This document shows, one piece after another, positions 1-9,121 of a DNA stretch of 64,000 bases. Source of the stretch: Pirellula sp. GTDB lineage: Bacteria; Planctomycetota; Planctomycetia; Pirellulales; Pirellulaceae. Below the pieces are notes generated by a model. The model saw nothing but the letters and a program-made list of their open reading frames with translations, was not told where the DNA came from and searched no databases. Location: contig JBEICB010000002.1 in NCBI GenBank assembly GCA_040373655.1, forward strand, positions 3,534 through 67,533, written 5' to 3'. A program made the position numbers and the translations under genes. The stretch's first letter is position 1. The number at the start of each line of letters is the position of its first letter.

Positions 1-2
1 TA

Positions 3-542
3 CGTGGTTTCATGGATGGTGGGTTGATTTTTGATGCGGGAGGGGGTGGAGAGCGGGTTACGCAAGCTTATGTTTTCCCGGACAGTTGGCGAGTTCTTGC
101 GTTGTGGGAGCCGGAGTATGCTGGAGATTCAGGGCAAGCAGAGCAGGATTTATTCAATGCTTGTTCTCATCGTGAGAACCCTTATCGCGACGAGATGATT
201 GGATTGATTCAGAATGGGTTGTTGCCTGGAATCAATTCGGCTGACTGGGAGCGATTTTCATCTGCATTAGGGCGTTATGGGGAGTGTGCGGGGGAAGTGT
301 TCCGATTGGTTCAAGGGGACGTGTATCGGTCGGCGAGGATTCGATTTTGGGTCGACAAGATTCGAAGTTTGGGGGTGTTGGGGGTCGGGCAATCGAGTTG
401 GGGGCCAGTTGTCTACGCGATTCTTCCGGATTCCGAGCGGGCGGAGTGGTTGCGACGGGAGTTGCAACCACATTTGCAATCGAGTGGATGGATCAAGATT
501 GGGTTGGGTGCTGGTCCTGCAGAGGTTATTCGTTCGCATTGA
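3..542 (+). CDS. C-terminal part of a GHMP-kinase-fold protein, most like beta-ribofuranosylaminobenzene 5'-phosphate (beta-RFAP) synthase of tetrahydromethanopterin biosynthesis; the 5' end lies outside the window
   Basis: The frame is open from base 3, with no stop before the ATG at 12. The C-terminal 'GVLGVGQSSWGPVVYAI' segment and overall layout recall MptG-type beta-RFAP synthases. Recognition is from memory only. Confidence 0.5.
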   Translation, partial: RGFMDGGLIFDAGGGGERVTQAYVFPDSWRVLALWEPEYAGDSGQAEQDLFNACSHRENPYRDEMIGLIQNGLLPGINSADWERFSSALGRYGECAGEVFRLVQGDVYRSARIRFWVDKIRSLGVLGVGQSSWGPVVYAILPDSERAEWLRRELQPHLQSSGWIKIGLGAGPAEVIRSH

Positions 543-1785
543 GTGCTGTTTCGCGGCGTAGGTCGAGGGTCCTGATTTCTTTTCCGAAGATAGCGACGGA
601 GACCACGACTCCGAGGGTGACGAGTCCACCGATGAAGACGCTTGGGACAAGTCCTAACCAATGTGCAGCGAGACCGCTTTCAAGTTCACCTAGTTCGTTG
701 GAGGCCCCGATAAAAACCGAGTTCACAGCGGCGACTCGACCTCGCATTTGATCTGGTGAATAGAGTCTGAGAATTGATTTACGTATCACGACACTGACAC
801 CGTCGAGAATGCCGCTGAAGAAGAGTGCAGCGATGGACAGAAACAAGTTCTTCGAGATCGCGAAGGTGATCATGCACAGTCCGAAGCCGAAGATGCTTGC
901 GAGCAGCAGTTTTCCGGCTTGGGCGCGGGGAGGAAAGCGGATGCAAGCCACGGCGCTCAAGAGGGCGCCGAACATTGGGGCGGCGTTGAGCAAGCCGAGT
1001 CCGACCGGGCCGGTATGAAGGATCTGTTCCGCGTAGAGCGGCAGCATTGCGATTGCGCCGCCGAAGAGGACAGCGAAGAGGTCGAGAGCCATCGAGTGCC
1101 AAAGGATTTCGCGGCGCATCACAAACTTCCACCCAGCAGTGATCGATTCGAGGAACGGTTCGCGTTGCTTGGCAGGTGGGTGGGGCTTGGGCGTTATCTG
1201 GCTAACCATCACAATTGAAATACTGGAACATAGCGCTGCGATGGCGAAGGGGGCAAGGTTTCCAACGAATTGGATGAGTGTACCTGCGATAAGCGGTGCA
1301 ATTACAGCGCAAGCGTGCCAGACGATGGTGGTCCAGGTCGCAGCGCTGACGGCAGCGAGCCTTGGGACAATCTGAGCTTCGAGGCTTGGCATGGTTGGGT
1401 CGGCGAATCCGCGAGCGACCCCGAGAAAGAACATCGAGATGAATAAAACGGTCAGTAGCCACGGTCCGGATAAATAGACTGACGAAGCCATACCCAGGGC
1501 GCAGATCCACTGCAGCGCGTAAGCACTGCGCAAGAGTTGTCGTCGATCAAGCAAATCGGCGAAGTGCCCGCCAAGGATTGCCAAGCTAAGGGCAGGAATT
1601 GCTTGGATTAGACCAAGGTAGCCCAGGTAAATCGGTTGATCGGGATACGCTTTTGCGATGGCGAATGGAGCCCAAAAGAAGAGAGTCCGAGTGCACAGAG
1701 TAGCGCAAGCATGCGCAATCATTAGGAGTCGGAACTCGGGGAAATCGGTGGCATGGGTAGAATGCCGAGGGGCCGCGGGTTGCAC
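526..1785 (-). CDS. MFS transporter
   Basis: Polytopic hydrophobic profile throughout, with an MFS loop motif-like 'GGHFADLLDRRQLL'. The ORF-track N-terminus (1786-1998) overlaps feoB, so the start is moved to the GTG at 1785. The ATG at 1722 is an alternative. Confidence 0.75.
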   Translation of the reverse strand: MQPAAPRHSTHATDFPEFRLLMIAHACATLCTRTLFFWAPFAIAKAYPDQPIYLGYLGLIQAIPALSLAILGGHFADLLDRRQLLRSAYALQWICALGMASSVYLSGPWLLTVLFISMFFLGVARGFADPTMPSLEAQIVPRLAAVSAATWTTIVWHACAVIAPLIAGTLIQFVGNLAPFAIAALCSSISIVMVSQITPKPHPPAKQREPFLESITAGWKFVMRREILWHSMALDLFAVLFGGAIAMLPLYAEQILHTGPVGLGLLNAAPMFGALLSAVACIRFPPRAQAGKLLLASIFGFGLCMITFAISKNLFLSIAALFFSGILDGVSVVIRKSILRLYSPDQMRGRVAAVNSVFIGASNELGELESGLAAHWLGLVPSVFIGGLVTLGVVVSVAIFGKEIRTLDLRRETALNANE

Positions 1786-1823
1786 GGTGTTCGTGGAGGC
1801 TTTGTTGGAATTTAGGAATTTAG

Positions 1824-4115
1824 TCAGGGGGAACCGGCCGAGAGGATACGAAAGGTGATCCAGGCGCCAATATAGGCGAGTGTAGTCATGTAGACGAAGG
1901 AAAAAACGGGCCATCGCCAGGAATTCGTTTCTCGGCGGATGGTCATCAGGGTCGAAGCGCATTGTGCGCAAAGGGCGAAGAACACCATGATGGAGCAAGC
2001 GGTTGCGAGTGAGAAGACTTGGGTTCCATCAGACCAAGTCGCAGCGCGAAGTTGGTCGGCAAGGCCCTCGTTGGATTCGTCTACACCGCTCCCGAGTGCA
2101 TAGATTGTTCCGAGCGTAGCTACGATGACTTCGCGGGCGGGGAAGGAAGCCAAGACAGCGATTCCGATTTTCCCATCCCAGCCGAGCGGTCGCACGATCG
2201 GTTCTATGGCTTGACCTGCCCTACCGAGATAGCTTTCTGAAATCAGTCGGCTTTTTTCCAAGTTAATTTGAGACGTTAAGGAATCGATCTCGGTTGAGTT
2301 TGTTTCTGGATCTTGTTGCAGTGTTTCGAGTTTTTCAGTCAGTGAGTCGGCGGTTTGATGATTACCTGGAAAGTATGCTGCGGCCCAGACTAAGACTGAG
2401 GTGACAAAGATCAGGGTTCCTGCGCGAAGCACGAAGGCTTGAACTCGCTCCCAGACACGAGCGAATACCACACGCCAGCTAGGCCATTTGTAGCTCGAAA
2501 GTTCCATCACAAAGGTAGAAGGCTCACCGGGGAATACAAAGCGTTTAAGGATCCAAGCTACGGGGATAGCGACGACTGCGCCGAGGCTCATCATCGCAAA
2601 AAGAACGGTGCCGCGCAGAGAGATCCATCCGTTGAGCCAAGTCGTAGCAGGCACGAAAGCGGAGACCATAAGCACGTACACGGGCCAGCGAGCTGAGCAA
2701 CTCATCAGGGGTGCGATGAGGATCGTGACCATTCTGTCTTTTCGATTCTCAATTGTCCGGGTCGCCATAATGCCCGGGATAGCGCAAGCGAAAGACGACA
2801 TTAAGGGGAGGAAGGACTTACCGCTCATTCCCAAGGAAGCCATGAACTTGTCCATCATGAACGCAGCGCGCGACATGTATCCGCAATCTTCTAGTATTCC
2901 GATAAACAAGAATAGGATTGCAATTTGAGGAAGGAAGACGACCACGCCGCCGACACCAGCGAGAATGCCTTCGACAACCAAACTTCTCAGTGGCCCGGGA
3001 GCGATCCAAGACTCTATCCAAGTACCAAGTATGCCTTGTGCCGCTTCAATTCCTTCCATCGGCCAATTTGCGACGAGGGTGATGGACTGAAAGATCAAGA
3101 ACATTAGGGCTAGGAAGAAGAGCAGTCCAATCCAACGATGGGTCAGCCAACGATCGATCTTGTCCGAGGTGGAAGTTTGGAGGGATTTAGGTTCGCGTTC
3201 GACAACACCTAGAGTTTTCTGTTTGATCCAAGCGTAACGAGCACGGGTTTCAAAGAGCGGAATGCCAAGCCCTTGTGCTTTCAAGGCTTCGCGAGCCTCG
3301 TTGATTTTTGCTTCGACAACCGGAGCTTGGGATTTGGAAACAACGCGAAAAGAATGCCCTTTAGGATCGTCGATGAGAAGGCGTTCGATTTGGAAGCGGT
3401 GCAATTCAATCTTTTGAGAGGCAAACCAGTCGACCAACTGATCGACTTGGGTGCGGAAGGGTTCGGGGAACGAAGCGCTGGCGAGCGACTCGGTTGAGGG
3501 GCATGCTAGCGGTAGGGCTTTTGAAGTGGAATTGTTTGAAGAGTGAAGTGAATCGAGAACCTCTAGTATTTGTAGTTTAAGAGCATCGATGCCGACGCGT
3601 TTAGCGGCACTGGTGCAGACCACCGGGACGCCGAGACTCTCCGACAGTTTATCGGGGGAGATGCGAACACCTTCTGCCACAATACGATCCCACATGTTCA
3701 GAGCGATGATGGTCGGCAGTCCGAGTTCAAGGACTTGGCTTAGCAGGTAGAGGTTTCGTTCGAGATGAACGCTATCGAGGATTACGACGATGGCGTTTGG
3801 TTTTGCGACACCAGGCATTTCACCGGCAAGGACTTCGACCGACACGGCTTCGTCCGCAGAACGGGCAGCAAGAGAATAAGTACCAGGAAGATCCACGACC
3901 TCGACGATGCGTCCGAGCGCAGATCTATTTGCGGTTGCAGGGATTTGCAGTCGACCGGTTTTGTGTTCGACGGTCACACCTGCATAGTTGCCGACGCGAG
4001 CATTTGACCCGCACAGGGCGTTGAAGAGACTGCTTTTGCCTGTATTCGGGTTGCCGATGAGGGCGATGGTCCAAGTGGAGGGAGGTATGTTTCCCGATTG
4101 AAGTGGGCTGTCCAT
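1824..4115 (-). CDS. feoB: Ferrous iron transporter FeoB (N-terminal G-domain plus polytopic permease)
   Basis: G1 'GNPNTGKSSLFNALCG' and G3 'DLPGTYSL', followed by a long multi-TM region. The ORF-track start at 4121 is TTG; the first ATG is at 4115. Confidence 0.95.
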   Translation of the reverse strand: MDSPLQSGNIPPSTWTIALIGNPNTGKSSLFNALCGSNARVGNYAGVTVEHKTGRLQIPATANRSALGRIVEVVDLPGTYSLAARSADEAVSVEVLAGEMPGVAKPNAIVVILDSVHLERNLYLLSQVLELGLPTIIALNMWDRIVAEGVRISPDKLSESLGVPVVCTSAAKRVGIDALKLQILEVLDSLHSSNNSTSKALPLACPSTESLASASFPEPFRTQVDQLVDWFASQKIELHRFQIERLLIDDPKGHSFRVVSKSQAPVVEAKINEAREALKAQGLGIPLFETRARYAWIKQKTLGVVEREPKSLQTSTSDKIDRWLTHRWIGLLFFLALMFLIFQSITLVANWPMEGIEAAQGILGTWIESWIAPGPLRSLVVEGILAGVGGVVVFLPQIAILFLFIGILEDCGYMSRAAFMMDKFMASLGMSGKSFLPLMSSFACAIPGIMATRTIENRKDRMVTILIAPLMSCSARWPVYVLMVSAFVPATTWLNGWISLRGTVLFAMMSLGAVVAIPVAWILKRFVFPGEPSTFVMELSSYKWPSWRVVFARVWERVQAFVLRAGTLIFVTSVLVWAAAYFPGNHQTADSLTEKLETLQQDPETNSTEIDSLTSQINLEKSRLISESYLGRAGQAIEPIVRPLGWDGKIGIAVLASFPAREVIVATLGTIYALGSGVDESNEGLADQLRAATWSDGTQVFSLATACSIMVFFALCAQCASTLMTIRRETNSWRWPVFSFVYMTTLAYIGAWITFRILSAGSP

Positions 4116-4130
4116 GGCCAAGTTCGTCCT

Positions 4131-4361
4131 TTACGTCCGTTCAATGAGAACGCGCTTGGCTTCGGGCTTCCGCAAACTGATTCGGTAGTTGAAGACCATA
4201 TACTCTGTTGGGTCACCCATAGGTGCAGAGCCAATCATCTCGATCGTCTCGCCGGGAAGCAGTCCCATTTCCAGCAGTCGGGCAGAAAGGGAATCTGCAC
4301 CGATGACCTCAATAATAACAGCCTTTTGACCTTCGAGAAGCTCATCGAGCGAGCAAGGCAT
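4131..4361 (-). CDS. feoA: FeoA-family small protein (copy 2, adjacent to feoB)
   Basis: About 76 aa, with a FeoA/SH3-like pattern: 'GQKAVIIEV...LLEMGLLPGETIEMI...'. The ATG at 4361 was chosen because the longer ORF to 4439 runs into the upstream feoA. Confidence 0.85.
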   Translation of the reverse strand: MPCSLDELLEGQKAVIIEVIGADSLSARLLEMGLLPGETIEMIGSAPMGDPTEYMVFNYRISLRKPEAKRVLIERT

Positions 4362-4384
4362 CGTGCTGATCCTCTGAGATGACC

Positions 4385-4624
4385 TTACGAGCCCAAGGGT
4401 TGGACGAGGATATCGGCGGACTTGCCGAGTCGCAGGCACATTTTTTTGCCTTCGATTGCCAGCATGCAGGGTTCACCGGGGCTGAGCATACGAAGTTTGC
4501 ATCCGCATCGGATACCAAGTTCTTCGAGTCGATGCACGTTTTGTTGGTCACCTGACATTTCCACGACGACAGCGTCGGCGTTAGGAGCCAAGAACTCAAC
4601 GGGCACTGGATCGGAGTGAGCCAT
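4385..4624 (-). CDS. feoA: FeoA-family small protein (copy 1)
   Basis: 79 aa, with 'VVVEMSGDQQNVHRLEELGIRCGCKLRML...' typical of the FeoA fold. First gene of the feoA-feoA-feoB run. Confidence 0.85.
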   Translation of the reverse strand: MAHSDPVPVEFLAPNADAVVVEMSGDQQNVHRLEELGIRCGCKLRMLSPGEPCMLAIEGKKMCLRLGKSADILVQPLGS

Positions 4625-4846
4625 CGGATTTATCCGGGTGAAGTGCTGGGGTGGCGGAGGGGCAACACGGATCGCGGGGGTCTTGCCATGACTGGCTATC
4701 GATCAACCGCAGTTGTGTCGTTGAATGTTATCTTAATTGAGACTGAATTTCAACAAGACGGCGCATGGAAGGAGGAAAAAGGGAGTTGATTTTTTCGACC
4801 CAGAGATGAGTAAAAGCATTACTGATACAGGGTGTGGGGGTAGGAA

Positions 4847-4879
4847 TTCTCCTTCAAGGTTTGGGAAGGAGGGTTTTTT
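4847..4879 (+). terminator. Candidate intrinsic terminator with no annotated upstream plus-strand gene
   Basis: 7 Watson-Crick pairs, CTCCTTC (4849-4855) with GAAGGAG (4865-4871), plus 2 possible G-U pairs. The loop is 9 nt and is followed directly by TTTTTT (4874-4879). Confidence 0.4.
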
Positions 4880-5150
4880 GGTAGATGTGATTGGGATGGG
4901 TGGTCGATGCAACGAGGGTGGCGGAAGGGAATTCGCCCCCCTTAAATAGGGGGTCTAATGGCATAGCTTGCCTGAGTTCCCTAACCGAGAGTGCTTTGGG
5001 AAAAAGTTCCCCTTTGCGGATTTTCGAACTATGGAATCCGCGGGTGGTTTTGTAAACTCGAGGGTCTCGTCCATCTGATTTCCTGCCTTCGCAAGCGTCG
5101 CTTGTGGTTCGCAGGAGGATTTTTGCCCTGCAATCCACGTAGGCGTCGAA

Positions 5151-8093
5151 GTGCAGAAACAGTCTCCAAACGGCAAATCGTTTTATGATCGATGGGGCTG
5201 GCTTGTCCTGATCCTGAGCTTGGCTTGCGTACCTTTCGCGTACTACGGTGCGGGACAAGCGGTGCAGAGCAATGTCAACAAGGTTGAGGATTGGCTACCC
5301 AAGACTTATCGCGAGACCGACGAGTTGTCGCGGTTCCGTAAGAACTTTCCCTCCGATCAGTTTGTGATCATCAGTTGGGAAGGTTGTCAGCTTGGGGATG
5401 ACCCATCGCAGCCGGACCAAGACGATCCTCGGATTGCCAAGTTGATCGAGTTGGTTTCACCGACGAGTTATTCTGAGGATAACATCGATGCGGTGGAGGC
5501 AAAGAGATACTTCAAGGGCGCTCAATCGGGTCGGACTTTTTTAGAGCAGTTGACGGTAGGTCAGCATGCGTTGACGCACGAAGAGGCGGTTGAGCGGCTC
5601 AAGGGAGTAATCCTAGGGCCGGATGGTCGGCAGACATGCGTGATCGTTTCTTTGGACCCGGTATCGACTGGGAAGCTCAAGCCGGTGTTGGGGCATGGGC
5701 AGAAGCGTATTTTTAGGCCGAATGTTCCGCCGGGTGTTTTGCGGCGTTTGATTGAGAAGGCGGGCATCCCTGATGAGAAGCTTCACATGGGTGGTCCTTC
5801 GGTAGACAATATATCGATCGACGAAGAGGGGGAGCGTACGCTGGTACGCTTGGCCGGCTTCTCGGGGATTCTTGGATTGTTTTTGGCTTGGTGGTCCCTT
5901 CGCAGTTTGCTTTTGACTTGGATTGTTTTTCTTTGTGCCGTGACAAGTGCTGCGGCGGCCTTGGCGATGATTTGGGCCACGGGTGAGACAGTCGACGCGA
6001 TTGTCTTGTCGATGCCTTCGCTGGTTTATGTCTTGGCGATTTCGGGTGCGGTGCACTTCGTCAACTACTACCAGGATGCAGTAAGAGAGGGTGGCTTGCA
6101 GGGCTCGACCGAGCGTGCTGTGATTCATGCTTTGAAGCCGGCCGTTTTGTGTTCTTTAACCACAGCGCTCGGTTTGCTGTCGCTTTGTGCAAGTGAGTTA
6201 GTACCGATTCGCAAGTTCGGTCTGTATTCGGCTTCTGGAGTAATGATCCTCAACGTGGTTCTCTTTCTGTTATTGCCCGCGACTTTGCACCTGTTGAAGT
6301 ATGCGAAGCGTTGGGTTGTAGCGGAGGGTGAAGGGGGTGTTACCGCGGAAGGTGAGGCGGCGAAGGCAGCAACCGAGTCGTTTAGCGAACGTTTCTGGGG
6401 TGCTTTTTCTGGTTTTATTGTCCGCAATCACGTTCAGGTTTTTGCTGGCAGTCTGCTGTTTTGCGGGTTGATCGGGTTTGGTCTGACTAAGATTCGCACG
6501 AGCATTGATCTTTTGGAGTTGTTTGACTCCAAGGCCCGTATTTTGCAGGATTACCGGTGGCTCGAGCAGCACTTGGGCAAGCTTGTGCCGATGGAGATCG
6601 TACTCGAGTTTGATCAAGCGAGTTTGGCATCGAGTGTTCCGACCGGTGGCGAACAAGCAGTTACCGAAGGTAAAGAAGTCGAGGAGAAGCCCGGTGATGT
6701 CGGTAAATTGACGTTCTTGGAGCGAATGGAGACGGCTAATCGCGTTCAAGAAGCGATCAAGGCGAAATTTGGAGATGAGGGACTCGGTTGGGTCGGGCAG
6801 AGTTTGTCGGCGGCCACCTTTGCACCCTCTTTGCCCACGAACGGCTCTAGCACGAAGAAGATGATTGAGCGAAGTGTGTACAACTCTTCGTTGGAAGCCA
6901 AACGGGAAGACTTCGTTAAGTCTGGATTTTTGAGGGTTGATCCTGATACCGGCAATGAGTTGTGGAGAATCTCGTTGCGAGTAGCGGCGTTTCAAGGGGT
7001 CGATTACGGCGAGTTTGTCCATACGTTACGAGACGTAGTGCAACCGATCTTGCAAGCCCAAGGGGATCGTGTGCAGATTCTGCGGCGCATCGCTGCTTGG
7101 AATGGCGATTCAAAGTTTGTTGGCAAGAAGGTGATTTTGTGGGATCCACAGGTTGTTGATCAAGCGACCGGCGAAGCGGTTTCTGCAGCCAAGGTTCGAG
7201 CGGATGAGCTTGCCAATTTGCTTAAAAACGCAAGGTTTAAGGTCGCTCGAGCGAGCATTGATTCGAAGTCGATGCCACTCGTGCAACTCCAAGAACTGGA
7301 AGATTACGATGCGATCGTGCTCGCTGGTGCGTTTAGTAACAACGAGATACGGACCTTGCAGATGGCGTTGAGCAAGATCATTGATTTGGAGGCACCAGAT
7401 CCGTTGCAACCGAACCAGTGGGTGTCGTCCATTTACACCGGGGTGGTGCCGATTGTTTACAAGGCGCAGCGAGCCTTGTTGCAGAGCTTGATGGAAAGCA
7501 CTCTCTGGTCGTTTTTAACGATCACTCCTTTGATGATTTTTGTCTCCAGGAGTTTGCGAGCAGGCTTGGTCGCGATGATCCCGAATGTGGTTCCAGTCGT
7601 CTTCATCTTCGGACTGATGGGTTGGATGGGAATTGCGATTGATATCGGCTCGATGATGACTGCGAGTATTGCGCTTGGGGTGGCGGTGGACGACACGATT
7701 CACTTCTTGTCATGGTTTCGAGGGAATGTTCAGACGATGCGGGACAGGCGGGCCGCGATTATCGCTTCCTATAAGCAGTGCGGAACTCCGACTTTGCAGG
7801 CCGCGTGTATTTCCGGGTTGGGATTGAGCGTGTTTGCGTTCAGTACCTTTACTCCAACGCAGCGGTTTGGTTGGTTGATGCTGACCATTTTGGTTGCGGG
7901 TGTGATCGCGGAATTGGTATTGTTGCCGGCGATTCTGGCAGGGCCTTTGGGGCGAGTTTTCGATCCTCGGGGTTCCAAATATCATCCGCTAGCAAAGTTT
8001 TTCCTGTTCTTTAGACACAAAGTACGTCGCCGATTCGACAATAAGCACCAGTCGGATAGTACCGGAGAGAACGAGTTGCAGAGTGCCGCCTGA
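5151..8093 (+). CDS. RND-superfamily / MMPL-like transporter (two TM bundles, each preceded by a large soluble loop)
   Basis: 980 aa with two hydrophobic blocks (about aa 230-400 and 760-930). 'GAVHFVNYY' and 'VAVDDTIHFLSWF' are typical of MMPL/HpnN-type RND proteins. GTG start. Confidence 0.8.
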   Translation: MQKQSPNGKSFYDRWGWLVLILSLACVPFAYYGAGQAVQSNVNKVEDWLPKTYRETDELSRFRKNFPSDQFVIISWEGCQLGDDPSQPDQDDPRIAKLIELVSPTSYSEDNIDAVEAKRYFKGAQSGRTFLEQLTVGQHALTHEEAVERLKGVILGPDGRQTCVIVSLDPVSTGKLKPVLGHGQKRIFRPNVPPGVLRRLIEKAGIPDEKLHMGGPSVDNISIDEEGERTLVRLAGFSGILGLFLAWWSLRSLLLTWIVFLCAVTSAAAALAMIWATGETVDAIVLSMPSLVYVLAISGAVHFVNYYQDAVREGGLQGSTERAVIHALKPAVLCSLTTALGLLSLCASELVPIRKFGLYSASGVMILNVVLFLLLPATLHLLKYAKRWVVAEGEGGVTAEGEAAKAATESFSERFWGAFSGFIVRNHVQVFAGSLLFCGLIGFGLTKIRTSIDLLELFDSKARILQDYRWLEQHLGKLVPMEIVLEFDQASLASSVPTGGEQAVTEGKEVEEKPGDVGKLTFLERMETANRVQEAIKAKFGDEGLGWVGQSLSAATFAPSLPTNGSSTKKMIERSVYNSSLEAKREDFVKSGFLRVDPDTGNELWRISLRVAAFQGVDYGEFVHTLRDVVQPILQAQGDRVQILRRIAAWNGDSKFVGKKVILWDPQVVDQATGEAVSAAKVRADELANLLKNARFKVARASIDSKSMPLVQLQELEDYDAIVLAGAFSNNEIRTLQMALSKIIDLEAPDPLQPNQWVSSIYTGVVPIVYKAQRALLQSLMESTLWSFLTITPLMIFVSRSLRAGLVAMIPNVVPVVFIFGLMGWMGIAIDIGSMMTASIALGVAVDDTIHFLSWFRGNVQTMRDRRAAIIASYKQCGTPTLQAACISGLGLSVFAFSTFTPTQRFGWLMLTILVAGVIAELVLLPAILAGPLGRVFDPRGSKYHPLAKFFLFFRHKVRRRFDNKHQSDSTGENELQSAA

Positions 8094-8315
8094 AGAGATC
8101 GGGGGGTAGTTCCGGAGTTGCCCAAGGGGTAATCTCTAAATTGCCAGGTTGAGAAGCTAGACTTTTACGACTTTTACCCTTGGAAATCTTCTCGGTTACG
8201 GCTAAACTTTTGGCCCCTTGGGGTGGGCTTTTTCCGCCTCATCGTCCCAACACGGGGGGCGAACAAGAACGGGTTTTTCCCTGACGCGATGGGTTCGTCC
8301 CTGAAGGATTCGATT

Positions 8316-8519
8316 ATGACCAAGCAAAAAACGCACAAATCCACAAAGAAGCGATTCCGATTGACAGCGACTGGCAAGGTGAAGCACCGCAAGTGCGGAA
8401 CAAGCCACTTGGCGATTGCTAAGCCAGCAAAGAAGATCCGTCAATTGCGAGGAACGCGAGTGCTTGAACCAAATCTCACGCGTGCGATTGTTGATGCATT
8501 GCGTGGCAACAGCTACTAA
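8316..8519 (+). CDS. rpmI: 50S ribosomal protein L35
   Basis: 67 aa and highly basic: 'MTKQKTHKSTKKRFRLTATGKVKHRK...'. The ATG at 8316 was chosen inside the longer ORF. Confidence 0.9.
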   Translation: MTKQKTHKSTKKRFRLTATGKVKHRKCGTSHLAIAKPAKKIRQLRGTRVLEPNLTRAIVDALRGNSY

Positions 8520-8564
8520 GTTTGTTCACAGATAAGTTTGTTCACAGATAAGCTTGTTCACAGG
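8517..8564. repeat. 16-nt direct tandem repeat x3 (taagtttgttcacaga / taagtttgttcacaga / taagcttgttcacagg)
   Basis: Read directly from the sequence. The first unit begins with the rpmI TAA stop codon. Confidence 0.95.
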
Positions 8565-8738
8565 GGGAGCTCGGTAAACGAGTTTTCTTTGGGAAGCGAG
8601 CGACGAGACTGGCCCAGTTTTTAGAACCAAGCATTTGGGTAAAAACGACCGCAGCAGTTTGGGCCAAACCTTAGAGGTCGACATAGACTTCTCCCTGCGG
8701 TGACCTGAGATGCGATACGTAGAGTTAGTGAAAGAGCG

Positions 8739-9104
8739 ATGAGAACAAGAAAAGGATCGGCACGTCGTCAGGCGAAACGTCGATTGTTTCAACGAGCGGA
8801 GGGCTACGTCGGCGGACGTCGTCGTCTGTACCGAACAGCAAAAGAAAACTTGGTCCGTGCCGGCCGGTTTGCATATCGTGACCGTCGTCGTCGTCGCCGT
8901 GACTTCCGACGTCTTTGGATCACTCGTTTGAATGCAGCAGCGCGGCTTCACGGTTTGCGTTACAGCCAATTCATCGCTGGATTGGTTTTGGCAAACATCG
9001 AATTGGACCGTAAGCAATTGTCTGAGATGGCGATCAACGATCCAGCAGGATTCGAAGTGGTAGCCAACACGGTCAAGGCAGCTTTGGCCAAGCAGGCAGC
9101 TTAG
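8739..9104 (+). CDS. rplT: 50S ribosomal protein L20
   Basis: '[29 protein letters not shown]...[16 protein letters not shown]' is the canonical L20 sequence. Confidence 0.95.
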   Translation: MRTRKGSARRQAKRRLFQRAEGYVGGRRRLYRTAKENLVRAGRFAYRDRRRRRRDFRRLWITRLNAAARLHGLRYSQFIAGLVLANIELDRKQLSEMAINDPAGFEVVANTVKAALAKQAA

Positions 9105-9121
9105 TCGATACTGGCTTATCT

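Noticed and set aside
1786-1998. N-terminal 71 codons of the 490-aa ORF 526..1998 (-)
   Set aside because: This stretch overlaps the 3' end of feoB (stop at 1824) in another frame, and it precedes the recognisable MFS N-terminus. It is most likely not translated.
4737-5258. Small ORFs in the feo/RND intergenic region (4737..4949 +, 4854..5258 -, 4955..5176 -)
   Set aside because: None has a recognisable family. The plus-strand one reads straight through the terminator-like hairpin, and the minus-strand one overlaps the RND start. The region is treated as non-coding.
6270-7022. 250-aa ORF on the minus strand inside the RND transporter gene
   Set aside because: It is antisense to a well-supported 980-aa gene. 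The product is Arg/Ser/Pro-biased with no motif, which is typical of a shadow ORF.
8094-8315. Possible terminator or L20-leader hairpin around 8212-8236 (ggccccttggggtgggcttttt)
   Set aside because: Only 3-4 base pairs can form, with a sterically tiny loop. This is not convincing as a terminator or as a specific regulatory structure.
8517-8564. Tandem repeats here and at 46261-46317 as possible CRISPR arrays
   Set aside because: The units are contiguous (no spacers), only 16 nt long and about 3 copies. No cas genes are in the window.
8526-9017. 163-aa minus-strand ORF opposite rplT
   Set aside because: It is antisense to the unmistakable L20 gene. It is low-complexity and Thr/Ser/Cys-rich.
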